From positions 764 to 64,763 of the IMG/VR virus record IMGVR_UViG_3300032144_000007: a DNA stretch of 64,000 nt; one strand, written 5' to 3'. Shown one piece after another: positions 7,334-16,009 of the stretch; the stretch's first letter is position 1; every line of letters starts with the position of its first letter. The stretch comes from a virus. The notes under the pieces were generated by a model. That model saw only the letters and a list, made by a program, of their open reading frames with translations. It was not told where the DNA came from and did no database searches. A program made the translations under genes and the position numbers.

Positions 7334-7511
7334 GGAGTGTTGCCTCCATCGTTTCGGCGGACAGGCGCAATCCTGTCGCCATGAAGTCGAGCCAGCGTTC
7401 GACAGCTTTATCGACTTCGGCTTTCGTTTTTGGCAGTGGAATGCGCAGTTCGGACGAAAAGCCGCCAGACGCCAGCTTGAAGCCGAAGATCACTTCGTCA
7501 GGGGTTATCAT
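7320..7511 (-). CDS. Hypothetical protein
   Basis: 63 aa, overlapping operon packing, AGGA SD. Confidence 0.6.
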   Translation of the reverse strand: MITPDEVIFGFKLASGGFSSELRIPLPKTKAEVDKAVERWLDFMATGLRLSAETMEATLHDNP

Positions 7512-7710
7512 CGCGATCCTGTTCCGCCGCCATGCCGACGACCTTCAGCCGCAATTCCGCCAGCACCTCGTCACGTGCAGCAGCCTCATCAGGGGCCGAC
7601 GTGATGAAGTCGTCGATCAGTTCTTCCAGAATGATGGCAAACTCCTTCGCTGGCGCGTCGATGGCCGTCACTTCGCCATCTGCATTGATGGTCAGTCTTT
7701 CACCGGGCAT
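7498..7710 (-). CDS. Hypothetical protein
   Basis: 70 aa acidic; AGGAG SD. Confidence 0.6.
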   Translation of the reverse strand: MPGERLTINADGEVTAIDAPAKEFAIILEELIDDFITSAPDEAAARDEVLAELRLKVVGMAAEQDRDDNP

Positions 7711-7721
7711 GTCGTCTTCTC

Positions 7722-7934
7722 CTATCCAAATTTCCGCGCCTTCATGCGCGCTATCAGTGCCTCGATATCGTCGAGGTTGTCGTCGGTGATGCAGACCTCT
7801 GCATCCTCGTCTTCCGGGGCTCGCACGAGCAGCGTCAGCTTCACGTCAGCGGTGAAGCATTTCCTCAAGTCGTTGAGCGTGTCCGCCGCCATCTTGTGGA
7901 ACAGTTCCAACCCTTCGATTTCAACATCATCCAT
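7722..7934 (-). CDS. Hypothetical protein
   Basis: 70 aa; AAGG SD; operon packing. Confidence 0.6.
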   Translation of the reverse strand: MDDVEIEGLELFHKMAADTLNDLRKCFTADVKLTLLVRAPEDEDAEVCITDDNLDDIEALIARMKARKFG

Positions 7935-8328
7935 TGTTCGCCACCTTCAATGTGAACCCCTGTGCCCGCTTGCGGTCGGCGACCAGAGACGAACGGCTTT
8001 CCTTGCGCCGATACATCCTGACGACGCCCCAATGCCAGCGTTGGGCGTCATCCCATGTGCAATGCCGCCAGCAGCCCTGTTCGTCGCCTGTGGCGAAGTG
8101 CGGGCTGAAGGGGCTTCCGTGCTGGCGGGCGAAGACCATAGTCTCAAACAGGACGGGATCGCCTTCTCCCCAAAAATTGTGATCGATGCCAAGGAAGACG
8201 GTCGAGACCACGAAGTGCCGCGTCATCGTCAGGGCAACGTGGCGGTCGGCGGTCTCAAACCAGCGGCCAAATTCCAGAATGCTACGGCATACCACCGGCT
8301 GCTTCCCGACAAGGATGTAATGGCGCAT
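7927..8328 (-). CDS. Hypothetical phage protein (VSTVFLGIDH..LFETMVF family)
   Basis: Motif recurrent in phage hypothetical proteins; TGATG coupling. Confidence 0.65.
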   Translation of the reverse strand: MRHYILVGKQPVVCRSILEFGRWFETADRHVALTMTRHFVVSTVFLGIDHNFWGEGDPVLFETMVFARQHGSPFSPHFATGDEQGCWRHCTWDDAQRWHWGVVRMYRRKESRSSLVADRKRAQGFTLKVANNG

Positions 8329-8780
8329 CAGAACCCCCTGTTCGGGCGGCAAGGCCTGAGAACCGGATCGTCTGGATCGACGCCATTGGCCTCGGCCATC
8401 TCGCGATAGGAGCCATAGAGTTCGTGCGGGCTTTCCGGCAAGTCGGCCCAATCGAAGCGGCCAGCAGCGATGGCGAGCCGGATGCCGAGATTATGATCGG
8501 CATTGGCGTTGAGGAAGCCGTTGCAGACTGCACCCTTCTCGATGCCGGACATGTGGCAGGAGAACACGTTCTGCGCCATGTCATAGGCTGTCGTCGCGGA
8601 ATGGCGATAGGCGCTGGCCGGGAAGGCACCAATGGGCGCATCCTTGCGCCATGGGCATTCGTCGCAAATCTTGCGCCGGAAGATCAGCGGCCCGTCATTC
8701 GGGCTCGTGATCGTTGCCACCTGATGATGCCCGTCGCCGCAATCGAATATGGACGTCTTGTGTTTCTTCCGTCTTGCCAT
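8328..8780 (-). CDS. Cys-rich protein, DUF6283-like
   Basis: C..CPWRKD..G.FP, TAYD..FSCH.SG, C.GFL pattern. Confidence 0.65.
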   Translation of the reverse strand: MARRKKHKTSIFDCGDGHHQVATITSPNDGPLIFRRKICDECPWRKDAPIGAFPASAYRHSATTAYDMAQNVFSCHMSGIEKGAVCNGFLNANADHNLGIRLAIAAGRFDWADLPESPHELYGSYREMAEANGVDPDDPVLRPCRPNRGF

Positions 8781-9003
8781 CGGTTTTCTCGTAGCGCTTG
8801 GCGCTTTCGTTGTAGATCATCACGTTGGGATAGCGCTGTTTGAACAGCCTGAAATCGAGTGCCACCTGTGGCTCTGAAATACCGAACTTCCTGACGACGT
8901 GATCTCGGTTGATGAAGCCGTAAATGTCGAGCATCTCGGCGATCCACGCCATGCGGTGGTCGATATACCACTCGCGGCCCTTCTCCTTGCCGGGCTTACC
9001 CAT
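8695..9003 (-). CDS. Stand-alone CapW/BrxR-like winged-helix domain
   Basis: W..RM.WI..L..G.INR..V..FGIS..Q..DF..F..YP..M.YN.S.K.YE matches the N-terminal wHTH pattern of WYL repressors; no WYL domain follows. Confidence 0.65.
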   Translation of the reverse strand: MGKPGKEKGREWYIDHRMAWIAEMLDIYGFINRDHVVRKFGISEPQVALDFRLFKQRYPNVMIYNESAKRYEKTDGKTEETQDVHIRLRRRASSGGNDHEPE

Positions 9004-9244
9004 GGGCGTCTAGCAGCTTGTCGGCGTTCTCTGCGATCAGCTTCTGGACCAGTTCCGACAGCATTTGGAGGGCAACGATCTGCACCGCGACCGATTCGCC
9101 CTTGACCCGAAAGACATAGGTTCCGATGCCAACCCGGATGAACTCTTCAAGCAACATGAACTGCTCTTCGCCGCTCTGACAGTCGTTCATCTTGTTGAGC
9201 AGGTAGCCGCCAAATTCGGCTCTGATTTCTTTGGCTATCGTCAT
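8996..9244 (-). CDS. Hypothetical protein
   Basis: 82 aa, operon packing. Confidence 0.6.
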   Translation of the reverse strand: MTIAKEIRAEFGGYLLNKMNDCQSGEEQFMLLEEFIRVGIGTYVFRVKGESVAVQIVALQMLSELVQKLIAENADKLLDAHG

Positions 9245-9492
9245 TTCCCGAATCCTCCCTTGTTGGCCGTCAGCGCGGCGTTATAGGCGTCGCATCCAGC
9301 GGGCGTGACGAAGTAGGCGTTGCCGAGCGAGACCGGCACGCCGACCGGGCCATGATCCGTGAGCCAGCCTTGCTTCGCCATGTCGGCGGCAAGCTTGCCA
9401 CGGCGCGGGCCATCGACGAGGAATGGCGCTTCAGGGAACCGCGCGTTGTAGCTGTAGATTTGCTTGAACAGCTTCGCTTGCCGGGGTGTCAC
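9241..9492 (-). CDS. Hypothetical protein
   Basis: 83 aa, 4-nt overlaps at both ends. Confidence 0.6.
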   Translation of the reverse strand: MTPRQAKLFKQIYSYNARFPEAPFLVDGPRRGKLAADMAKQGWLTDHGPVGVPVSLGNAYFVTPAGCDAYNAALTANKGGFGK

Positions 9493-9734
9493 ATCCAGAC
9501 CTCAAGGATAACGGGATTGTCTTCTGGATCGCGGGGCATGCGAAAAAGGCCCGCCCGCATCAACGGGCGGCGGATGCCGATCAGGTGCGGGGTAACGTGG
9601 ACGTGCTGATCAACGTATATTTTTCCGCCTCTGACGATGAAGTGGCGGCGACACGTGAACATGCCCGGAAAGTCTGCCGGTGACCGGCAGACCACGTATT
9701 GCACCAAGGCGTCATCAAGCAGCCCGGCTTGCAT
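9489..9734 (-). CDS. Hypothetical phage protein
   Basis: C-terminal R.P.D.PVI.EVW motif; start uncertain. Confidence 0.55.
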   Translation of the reverse strand: MQAGLLDDALVQYVVCRSPADFPGMFTCRRHFIVRGGKIYVDQHVHVTPHLIGIRRPLMRAGLFRMPRDPEDNPVILEVWM

Positions 9735-10395
9735 CGGAAGCCTCTTGGCCTTCCGGCTCGACGATGATCGGATCAACGGTAGCAGGCTGAAGCTTGCTGG
9801 CGAGCGTGTAGCTGTTCGCGTCGTCCATGACGATAACACCTTCAAGCTTCAGCTTGCTAAGGCAGCTGTCGAAGGTGTGAAGCGAACGGCCCTGAAGGTC
9901 GATGAGGTTGAGAAGGTCGTCGCGCGACAGCGGGTGAGGGAACGCCTCGAAAGCCGCCATGACTTGCGTGCGAATGGAAACGCCGGTCGTCGGCTCTTCC
10001 TTGACCTTGCCGGTATAGCCCGGCAACGCGTATTTGCCGCCGCCAACAGAGATGATCTCGCCCTTTTTCTTCAATTGGTTGAGCGGATTGGATGCGCTCT
10101 TCTTGGCGCGGCTACCGTAGTTGAGACGCTTGGATATCTGCTCTGCTTTGAGTGCCTTGCCGCCCTCAAGAAGTTTGATGATCTGCGATGACAGGGACGG
10201 GCCGTCCTTCGATGCCGCCGCTGATTCCTTCCGGGGAGCGGTGGTGCCACCTATCTTCTGGACGGTGAACATCGGTCCGGCCTTCGGAGCCGGTGCGCTT
10301 TCAAGCTTCTCGACGACCGCAAGCGCGATCTGGAGGCGTTCGATCTCTGACAGGTGCTGATCGATCTCAGCCCTGATCTTCTCGATCATGTTCAT
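9715..10395 (-). CDS. Coiled-coil plus two putative winged-helix domains
   Basis: Start MNMIEK with GAGGG SD; two helix-turn-helix-wing-like segments ending GKYAL and SYTL. Confidence 0.6.
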   Translation of the reverse strand: MNMIEKIRAEIDQHLSEIERLQIALAVVEKLESAPAPKAGPMFTVQKIGGTTAPRKESAAASKDGPSLSSQIIKLLEGGKALKAEQISKRLNYGSRAKKSASNPLNQLKKKGEIISVGGGKYALPGYTGKVKEEPTTGVSIRTQVMAAFEAFPHPLSRDDLLNLIDLQGRSLHTFDSCLSKLKLEGVIVMDDANSYTLASKLQPATVDPIIVEPEGQEASDASRAA

Positions 10396-10570
10396 TGTAT
10401 GCCCTCGCTTCTGTGATGAATGATTCAAGCATCTGGAAAACGTCTTCTTCGCTTGCCTCAACCGCAATGAGTGCAAGCATCGCCGCCAGTACCGCCTTCG
10501 CATTCTCTGTCGGATCGTCGCTGTTCGCGATCATGTGGACGATATCTGAGACGGTAAGCTCTACGGTCAT
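10367..10570 (-). CDS. Hypothetical protein
   Basis: Start MTVELT, coupled to upstream HTH gene. Confidence 0.55.
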   Translation of the reverse strand: MTVELTVSDIVHMIANSDDPTENAKAVLAAMLALIAVEASEEDVFQMLESFITEARAYNEHDREDQG

Positions 10571-10854
10571 CGGCGGACCGCGACGCGATATCCCAACACC
10601 TGAAGGATTTTGATCACGGTCGAAGCGCGCGGATCGCGCGTTACGCCATGTGCGATGTTGGAAACGGTTGCAGAGCAGCATGACGCCTTCTCGGCGATCT
10701 TATTGTACTTCATCTTGGAGAGACGTATCTCGCCAGCAACGAACTTCGTCAGTTCGTAGATGTTTTCGAAGCTGATGTTCTCCGACTGTATCTGCACTGC
10801 CATTGGTTTAGCCGCCTTGCGCGCAGCGGACGACATCGAGACTACGTTCACCAT
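10567..10854 (-). CDS. Cro/C1-type HTH protein
   Basis: YNKIAEKASCCSATVSNIAHGVTRDPRASTVIKIL. Confidence 0.75.
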   Translation of the reverse strand: MVNVVSMSSAARKAAKPMAVQIQSENISFENIYELTKFVAGEIRLSKMKYNKIAEKASCCSATVSNIAHGVTRDPRASTVIKILQVLGYRVAVRR

Positions 10855-10863
10855 CTATAGCTC

Positions 10864-11070
10864 CTATCTGGATTGATTGCCTTGTACTGTCCGATTGTTC
10901 TCGGCTTCACCTTCGGACCGCCGTGCGATCTCGTTATTGATAGCTGTGCGGATGAACGCGACACGCGTTTCGCCGACCGCCCGAACGCTTTCCAGGCGCT
11001 CCGGCATGTCCCCCAACAGAGGCAGGTTGATGCTCTTTGAGACCGACCCGTTGGCCGCGCGTGTGATCAT
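10864..11070 (-). CDS. Ribbon-helix-helix (CopG/Arc-like) regulator
   Basis: SINLPL beta strand followed by two helices (ETRVAFIRTAINNEI). Confidence 0.6.
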   Translation of the reverse strand: MITRAANGSVSKSINLPLLGDMPERLESVRAVGETRVAFIRTAINNEIARRSEGEAENNRTVQGNQSR

Positions 11071-11087
11071 AACAAATCCTGCATAAC

Positions 11088-11132
11088 TATGTACATAAAC
11101 TACTTGACGTTGCGGTAATTAAAGTACATAAA
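11088..11132 (+). promoter_or_regulatory. Divergent promoter region
   Basis: TTGACG(11104)-17 nt-CATAAA; perfect palindrome TATGTACATA at 11088-11097. Confidence 0.45.
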
Positions 11133-11167
11133 TAATTCATAAACGCAAGGGGTAACGGACGCAAACC

Positions 11168-11650
11168 ATGATTATCGACATCCAAGCACATCCTTCTTTC
11201 CAGCGCCGTCAGGAAGAGCAGACTGTAGAGCGAATTACGACGCTAGAACAAGGGCTTATCGATGGTCTATCGAACAACTGCCTGCTTGGCGAACTGGCGC
11301 TGAAGCAGGTCGAGAACGACCCTTCTCAAGCCGGAACAACTCGCCTTATCAACACCCGCAGAGCCCTCGATACCCTTCTGACGGGAATCGAAGTGGAAGA
11401 GCCGAATTTCGACTTTGCCAGCGAATCGTTTCTGGCGCTTTATGGCCCGGTGAAGCAGCGCATGCGCGACCTTTCCAAGGCGCTCGCCGACGCCATCGAT
11501 CAGCGCGCCATGGCCGCGACCGCCGAACCGGTGCGGATCGAAGTCGTCGTCCAGCCTCAGAAGCAGCAACGCTCGTGGGTGCCGCAGGTTCTCGGCGTCG
11601 CCATCCTCGTCACCATCGGTGGCATGATCCTCAACGCTCTTGGTGCCTGA
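11168..11650 (+). CDS. Hypothetical protein with C-terminal TM anchor
   Basis: 160 aa helical, terminal hydrophobic helix. Confidence 0.7.
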   Translation: MIIDIQAHPSFQRRQEEQTVERITTLEQGLIDGLSNNCLLGELALKQVENDPSQAGTTRLINTRRALDTLLTGIEVEEPNFDFASESFLALYGPVKQRMRDLSKALADAIDQRAMAATAEPVRIEVVVQPQKQQRSWVPQVLGVAILVTIGGMILNALGA

Positions 11651-11654
11651 TCTC

Positions 11655-11852
11655 ATGACAACGGTTACCCGCAAGGTCTGGTGCGAGAAAACGCGCCAAT
11701 ATCTCATGATGGATTTCGAGGTTGCCATCGACCTCGACAAGTTGCCGGTCTCGGCGATTTACGGTGCAGCCCGCAATGTGCAGGGCAAGTCGATTATCGG
11801 CTATGGCACCATCACAGTGAAACGCGTCGGCAAAGGATTGGAACGGCCATGA
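11655..11852 (+). CDS. Hypothetical protein
   Basis: 65 aa directly after the preceding gene. Confidence 0.55.
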   Translation: MTTVTRKVWCEKTRQYLMMDFEVAIDLDKLPVSAIYGAARNVQGKSIIGYGTITVKRVGKGLERP

Positions 11853-11868
11853 TGATCGTTAACGCCGA

Positions 11869-12069
11869 ATGAAGATGCACGCCGCCAGTCTCATTGCGGC
11901 ACAGGCTTGCTGCATCATTATCGGCTGGCATGTCGCCAATTTCGATTGGCAGCTGGTGCGGCGATTGAGTTGGGCGGCGCTGCACTTCCTCGATCCATGG
12001 CCGCGTTGGATCATCTGCTACAAGATCGGCGTGACGGTCGGGCAGCTGGCCTACAGGAAGCGGCAATGA
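11869..12069 (+). CDS. Small hydrophobic protein
   Basis: 66 aa, Trp-rich hydrophobic. Confidence 0.45.
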   Translation: MKMHAASLIAAQACCIIIGWHVANFDWQLVRRLSWAALHFLDPWPRWIICYKIGVTVGQLAYRKRQ

Positions 12070-12180
12070 AAAAGCCCGCCGAAGTGGCGGGCAATAGACA
12101 GGAGTAGATCAAAAATCTCAGTCATTCATCACATCGTCATGATACCGAACGCCGCCGCTTTCACAAGTGGCGGTTTTTTA
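12069..12180. terminator. Two terminator hairpins between convergent units
   Basis: AAAAA-GCCCGCC-GAAGT-GGCGGGC (T-tract on minus strand) and CCGCCGCT-TTCACA-AGTGGCGG-TTTTT (T-tract on plus strand). Confidence 0.65.
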
Positions 12181-12215
12181 TGCGTTGCACATTCGGAAGA
12201 TTTCCTGATCTGCAA

Positions 12216-12494
12216 TCAGTCGGCATTTCCCATCCAGTTCGGATTGCCAGCCGGGCGCTTCGATGGCTCGATGTGCGGGTTTTTCTTCTTCTCGGCCACA
12301 AGGTTCTCTGGCAGTTGCCATGGGCCAAGACCAGCAGCGATGGCAGCACAGGCCAGAGGCAGATAGGCCGGGATTGATTTGCCGCTTTCATAGACCCGCA
12401 ATGAGTTGAGCGCGATGCCGAGTGTCTTCGCCGCCGCCTTGCGGTCAAGGCCGAAGTGCATCTCGCGCCATTTGATAAAATCGAATGCGTCCAT
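12216..12494 (-). CDS. HTH transcriptional regulator
   Basis: F..WR..GL.RK.AAK.LG.ALNSLR.YESG..IP..L.LAC. Confidence 0.8.
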   Translation of the reverse strand: MDAFDFIKWREMHFGLDRKAAAKTLGIALNSLRVYESGKSIPAYLPLACAAIAAGLGPWQLPENLVAEKKKNPHIEPSKRPAGNPNWMGNAD

Positions 12495-12526
12495 TTCCGT
12501 ATCAACCCTCGTGTTGTGTTGACAGA

Positions 12527-12577
12527 CATCTATCCAAATTTGGTGGTTTTGTAAAGCGGTAATCGGTCATGTATACT
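12527..12577. promoter_or_regulatory. Back-to-back promoters between two HTH genes
   Basis: Plus: TTGTAA(12549)-17-TATACT(12572). Minus: TTTACA(12555)-17-TAGATG with CCAAATTTGG palindrome in the spacer. Confidence 0.6.
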
Positions 12578-12595
12578 GTTGCCACTCTCAAAAGC

Positions 12596-12820
12596 ATGGG
12601 GACGCGCATGTCGGAAGTCGATCTCGCCGCGATAATCGCTGGCCTTGAAGCCACAGGAATGTCGCGAACAGAGATCGCCACCGAAGCGAAATTGTCCCGC
12701 AATACCGTCTGGCGCATGGCGCAGGGCGAAGTCCGCGATCCGAACTATTCCACCGTCATGCGGATAAAAAATCTGTCAGATCGACGAACTGTTCGACACG
12801 CCGAACAAAAACGGGCGTAA
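12596..12820 (+). CDS. Cro-like HTH protein
   Basis: GMSRTEIATEAKLSRNTVWRMAQGEVRDPNYSTV; start 12596 or 12608. Confidence 0.75.
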   Translation: MGTRMSEVDLAAIIAGLEATGMSRTEIATEAKLSRNTVWRMAQGEVRDPNYSTVMRIKNLSDRRTVRHAEQKRA

Positions 12821-12856
12821 ATAGACGCGCAACTCTCTCAACAGAGGTTGCGCATC

Positions 12857-14878
12857 ATGGACATTCGCTACCGCTCGGCAAAGCAGTCCGACAAGAACCC
12901 ATCCGAATACATCCTGTCCGACGAAACCGTTGATCGCTATGGCGACGTCATCGTGGCTTCCGGTTGGGATTTGTCCCACTTCAAGAACAATCCGATTGCG
13001 CTGTTCAACCACGACAGCGACGAAGTGATCGGCACGTGGGAGAACGTCCGCATCGAGGGCAAGCGCCTGATCGGCAAGCTGAAGCTTGCTGCTGAAGGCA
13101 CGTCGCCGACAGTGGACAAGGTCCGCCGTCTGGTGGCGCAAGGCATCCTTCGCGCCGTTTCGGTCGGCTTCCGCCCGGTCACATATGAACCCCTCGACGA
13201 AAAGGCCGACTCGTTTTGGGGGCCGTTCCGCTACCTGAAGCAGGAACTGCTGGAAACATCCGTCGTTTCCGTCCCGGCTAATCCGAACGCTCAACAGCTT
13301 TCGATGCGCGGTGTCAGCACGACGCCGCCAGACGCGATTGAAGGCCTGCCAGGCCTTCCGCTTCCTGTCGCACAGCAACTCTTCGGCAAGATCGCCAATG
13401 AAGAGCGCAGCGCGGCACCTGCACCCGGCAAGATCGCCGTTCCCGCTGTTATCCCATCCAAGCCAAAGGGTACTCCCATGAAAATCAGTGAAAAGATCGC
13501 TGGTGTGCAGAAGCATCTGAATGACCTTCGCAACCAGCTGACCGAACTCGTCGCCAACGACATCGAAAACCTGTCCGATGACGACGCAACGATCCTCGAA
13601 AATCTGCCGGGCGAAATCGAAGCTGCTGAAAAGCGCCTCACCAGCCTCCAGAATGCCGAACGCGCCCTCATGCCAGCCGCGCAACGCGGTGCTGCTCCGG
13701 TTGCTGATGATGATGACGAAGCACGCCCGCAGCTTCCGGCTCCGGTCGTCGTCGATAGCCCGACCAAGCTTTACACGGTCGGCCCGAAGAAGCTTCGTCC
13801 CGCCGACCTCATCATCCGTCAGGGCGTCGTCAACTTCCTCGCTCACGTCACCAAGGCATCGCCGCTGGCAATCCAGCAGAAGATGTATGGCCGTGACGAA
13901 GCGCTGGCGATGGCCGTCAAGGCAGCTGTCAATCCGGCCATGACCACGGTCACCGGTTGGGCGGCGGAACTGGTGCAGGAATCGGTCGCGGACTTCCTCG
14001 ACATCCTGTATCCGGTTTCGCTCTATCCGCGCCTTGCCGCCGCTGGTGTGCGCCTGTCGTTCGACACGAACGGATCGATCAAGATTCCGTCGCGCCTGAC
14101 GACGCCGAACCTTGCCGGTTCGTTCATCGCTGAAGGTGACCCGATCCCGGTCCGCCGCCTCGGCCTGACCTCGATCACCCTGACGCCGAAGAAGATGGCC
14201 GTCATCTCGACCTTCACCCGCGAGATGGCAGCACACTCGACGCCGCAGATCGAAAGCCTCATCCGTGGTGCCATGGTCGAAGACACCGCGCAGGTGATCG
14301 ACACCTATCTGCTCGACGCAAACCCGGCGACCGCCGTGCGCCCGGCTGGTCTGCTGAATGGTGCGACCGATGTGCCTCCCGGCGATGAGACCGATCCGCT
14401 GGCAATGGTGGCCGACCTCAAGAACCTCGTCAAAGCCATCATCCCGAATACCGGTGGCGTCGTCCGCAACATCGTCATCCTGCTCAACCCCGCGCAGGCG
14501 CTGTCCATCGTCACCCAACAGACCACGACCGGCGATTTCGTCTTCGCTGGCCTCACCGATCTGGGTGGCCGGATCAACGTGACGTTCATGGAATCCGGTA
14601 ACGTCCCGGACAAGACGGTGATCGCACTGGATGCGACCGACTTCGTCACGGTGACGGGCGACACGCCGGAGTTCGACGTCTCCGATCAGGCGACGCTTCA
14701 CATGGAAGACACCGCACCGCTTCCCATTGCAACGGGTGCACCCGGCGCAGCGGTTGTCGCGACGCCTATCCGTTCGCTCTGGCAGACGGCTTCCATCGGC
14801 GTCCGCATGATTTGGGATATCAACTGGGCGATGCGTCGCACCGGTATGGTCGCCAAGATCACCGACGTCACTTGGTAA
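12857..14878 (+). CDS. Prohead protease-scaffold-major capsid fusion (HK97 fold)
   Basis: Protease motifs VDRYGDVI, ALFNHD..IG.W, AVSVGF, LLETSVVSVPANPNA; coiled-coil delta domain; capsid motifs EG.PIP, L.PKKMAVI..TRE, SLWQT. Confidence 0.92.
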   Translation: MDIRYRSAKQSDKNPSEYILSDETVDRYGDVIVASGWDLSHFKNNPIALFNHDSDEVIGTWENVRIEGKRLIGKLKLAAEGTSPTVDKVRRLVAQGILRAVSVGFRPVTYEPLDEKADSFWGPFRYLKQELLETSVVSVPANPNAQQLSMRGVSTTPPDAIEGLPGLPLPVAQQLFGKIANEERSAAPAPGKIAVPAVIPSKPKGTPMKISEKIAGVQKHLNDLRNQLTELVANDIENLSDDDATILENLPGEIEAAEKRLTSLQNAERALMPAAQRGAAPVADDDDEARPQLPAPVVVDSPTKLYTVGPKKLRPADLIIRQGVVNFLAHVTKASPLAIQQKMYGRDEALAMAVKAAVNPAMTTVTGWAAELVQESVADFLDILYPVSLYPRLAAAGVRLSFDTNGSIKIPSRLTTPNLAGSFIAEGDPIPVRRLGLTSITLTPKKMAVISTFTREMAAHSTPQIESLIRGAMVEDTAQVIDTYLLDANPATAVRPAGLLNGATDVPPGDETDPLAMVADLKNLVKAIIPNTGGVVRNIVILLNPAQALSIVTQQTTTGDFVFAGLTDLGGRINVTFMESGNVPDKTVIALDATDFVTVTGDTPEFDVSDQATLHMEDTAPLPIATGAPGAAVVATPIRSLWQTASIGVRMIWDINWAMRRTGMVAKITDVTW

Positions 14879-14891
14879 TTGGGGGCTCAAC

Positions 14892-15986
14892 ATGTCGAGC
14901 CTATCGCAGGAAATGGGCTTCGCGCGGACCTTCCGTCCGCGCATGCCTTCCAACGCACCACAGGCGCGTGAAGTCATCGCGCGTGGCATTGCGGCCCGTT
15001 TCATGGCGTGGGCTCGCAGGCGCTCCATCGAAGAGATTGTCGCCGAAAAGTTCGGCGGCAATGACCTTGTCATGAAAGCAGCCGTCAACCCGGCGATGAC
15101 CAATGTCCCTGGTTGGGCGCAGGAACTCGTCGGCGATGCCATCGGCCCGTTCGTGGCGCTGGCACCACAGTCGGCTTATGCGCAGCTGGTGTTGCGCGGC
15201 GCACGCATGTCGTTCACCAACAACGGCAAGATCGCTGTTCCCGCGACCACCTTCGACACGACCGGTTCGCTGTTCGTCCCTGAAGGTGCGCCGATCCCTG
15301 TCCTGAAGGGGGTAGGGGCCGCTGCATCGCTGGAGCCACGCAAGGCGGCGGCAATCGCCACCGCCACGCGGGAACTGGCGAAGGCGACGCCGTTCACCCT
15401 GACGTCGATGTTCGCGCAGCTGCTCGGCAACTTCGTCGCCATGCAGGGTGATGCCGTCCTGCTCGGCGCAGGGGCCGGTTCGGCATCGCAGCCGCCCGGC
15501 CTCGGCAACGGCGCAATCGCGGTGACCGCTGCAACGTCCGGCACGCCGGATGAACGGATGCTGGCCGATCTGCATGCCATGGCGTTGGCGCTGTCGGAAG
15601 AAGGTGGCCTGATCGCGCCGGTCTACATCATGAGCCAAGCCAACAAGCTGGCGGTCGATCTGGCATATGCCGGGCACGATCTCGACATCATCGCCTCTCC
15701 GGCGCTGGTCGGGGCCGAAGCTTCCACCATCCTGCTCGTCGATGCCGCCTCGTTCGTCTCGGCTGAAGGCGACACCGCCGATGTCGATATCGGCGAGGAA
15801 GCCACGCTGCACATGGAAGACGCGACGCCTTTGCCCATCAATGCCGGAACCATGGCGACACCAGTTCGTTCGCTCTGGCAGACGGCATCGATCGGGGTGC
15901 GCGTCATCAACCAGATGGATTGGGCGATGAGCAGTGCGAACAAGGTCGCGACGCTGACCGAAGAATGGTTCGACACCACGCCTTAA
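14892..15986 (+). CDS. Second HK97-fold capsid paralog
   Basis: Collinear with the first capsid: KAAVNPAMT..GWA.ELV, EGAPIP, TRE, ATLHMED, RSLWQTASIGVR. Confidence 0.88.
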   Translation: MSSLSQEMGFARTFRPRMPSNAPQAREVIARGIAARFMAWARRRSIEEIVAEKFGGNDLVMKAAVNPAMTNVPGWAQELVGDAIGPFVALAPQSAYAQLVLRGARMSFTNNGKIAVPATTFDTTGSLFVPEGAPIPVLKGVGAAASLEPRKAAAIATATRELAKATPFTLTSMFAQLLGNFVAMQGDAVLLGAGAGSASQPPGLGNGAIAVTAATSGTPDERMLADLHAMALALSEEGGLIAPVYIMSQANKLAVDLAYAGHDLDIIASPALVGAEASTILLVDAASFVSAEGDTADVDIGEEATLHMEDATPLPINAGTMATPVRSLWQTASIGVRVINQMDWAMSSANKVATLTEEWFDTTP

Positions 15987-16009
15987 ATCCTTTCCATGGA
16001 GGAATACCA

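Noticed and set aside
12776-15142. Long antisense ORFs (also 5168-6922, 24958-26346, 28652-30127, 47077-48648, 3518-4870)
   Set aside because: Shadow frames opposite well-supported genes in high-GC DNA; no SD or recognisable motifs.
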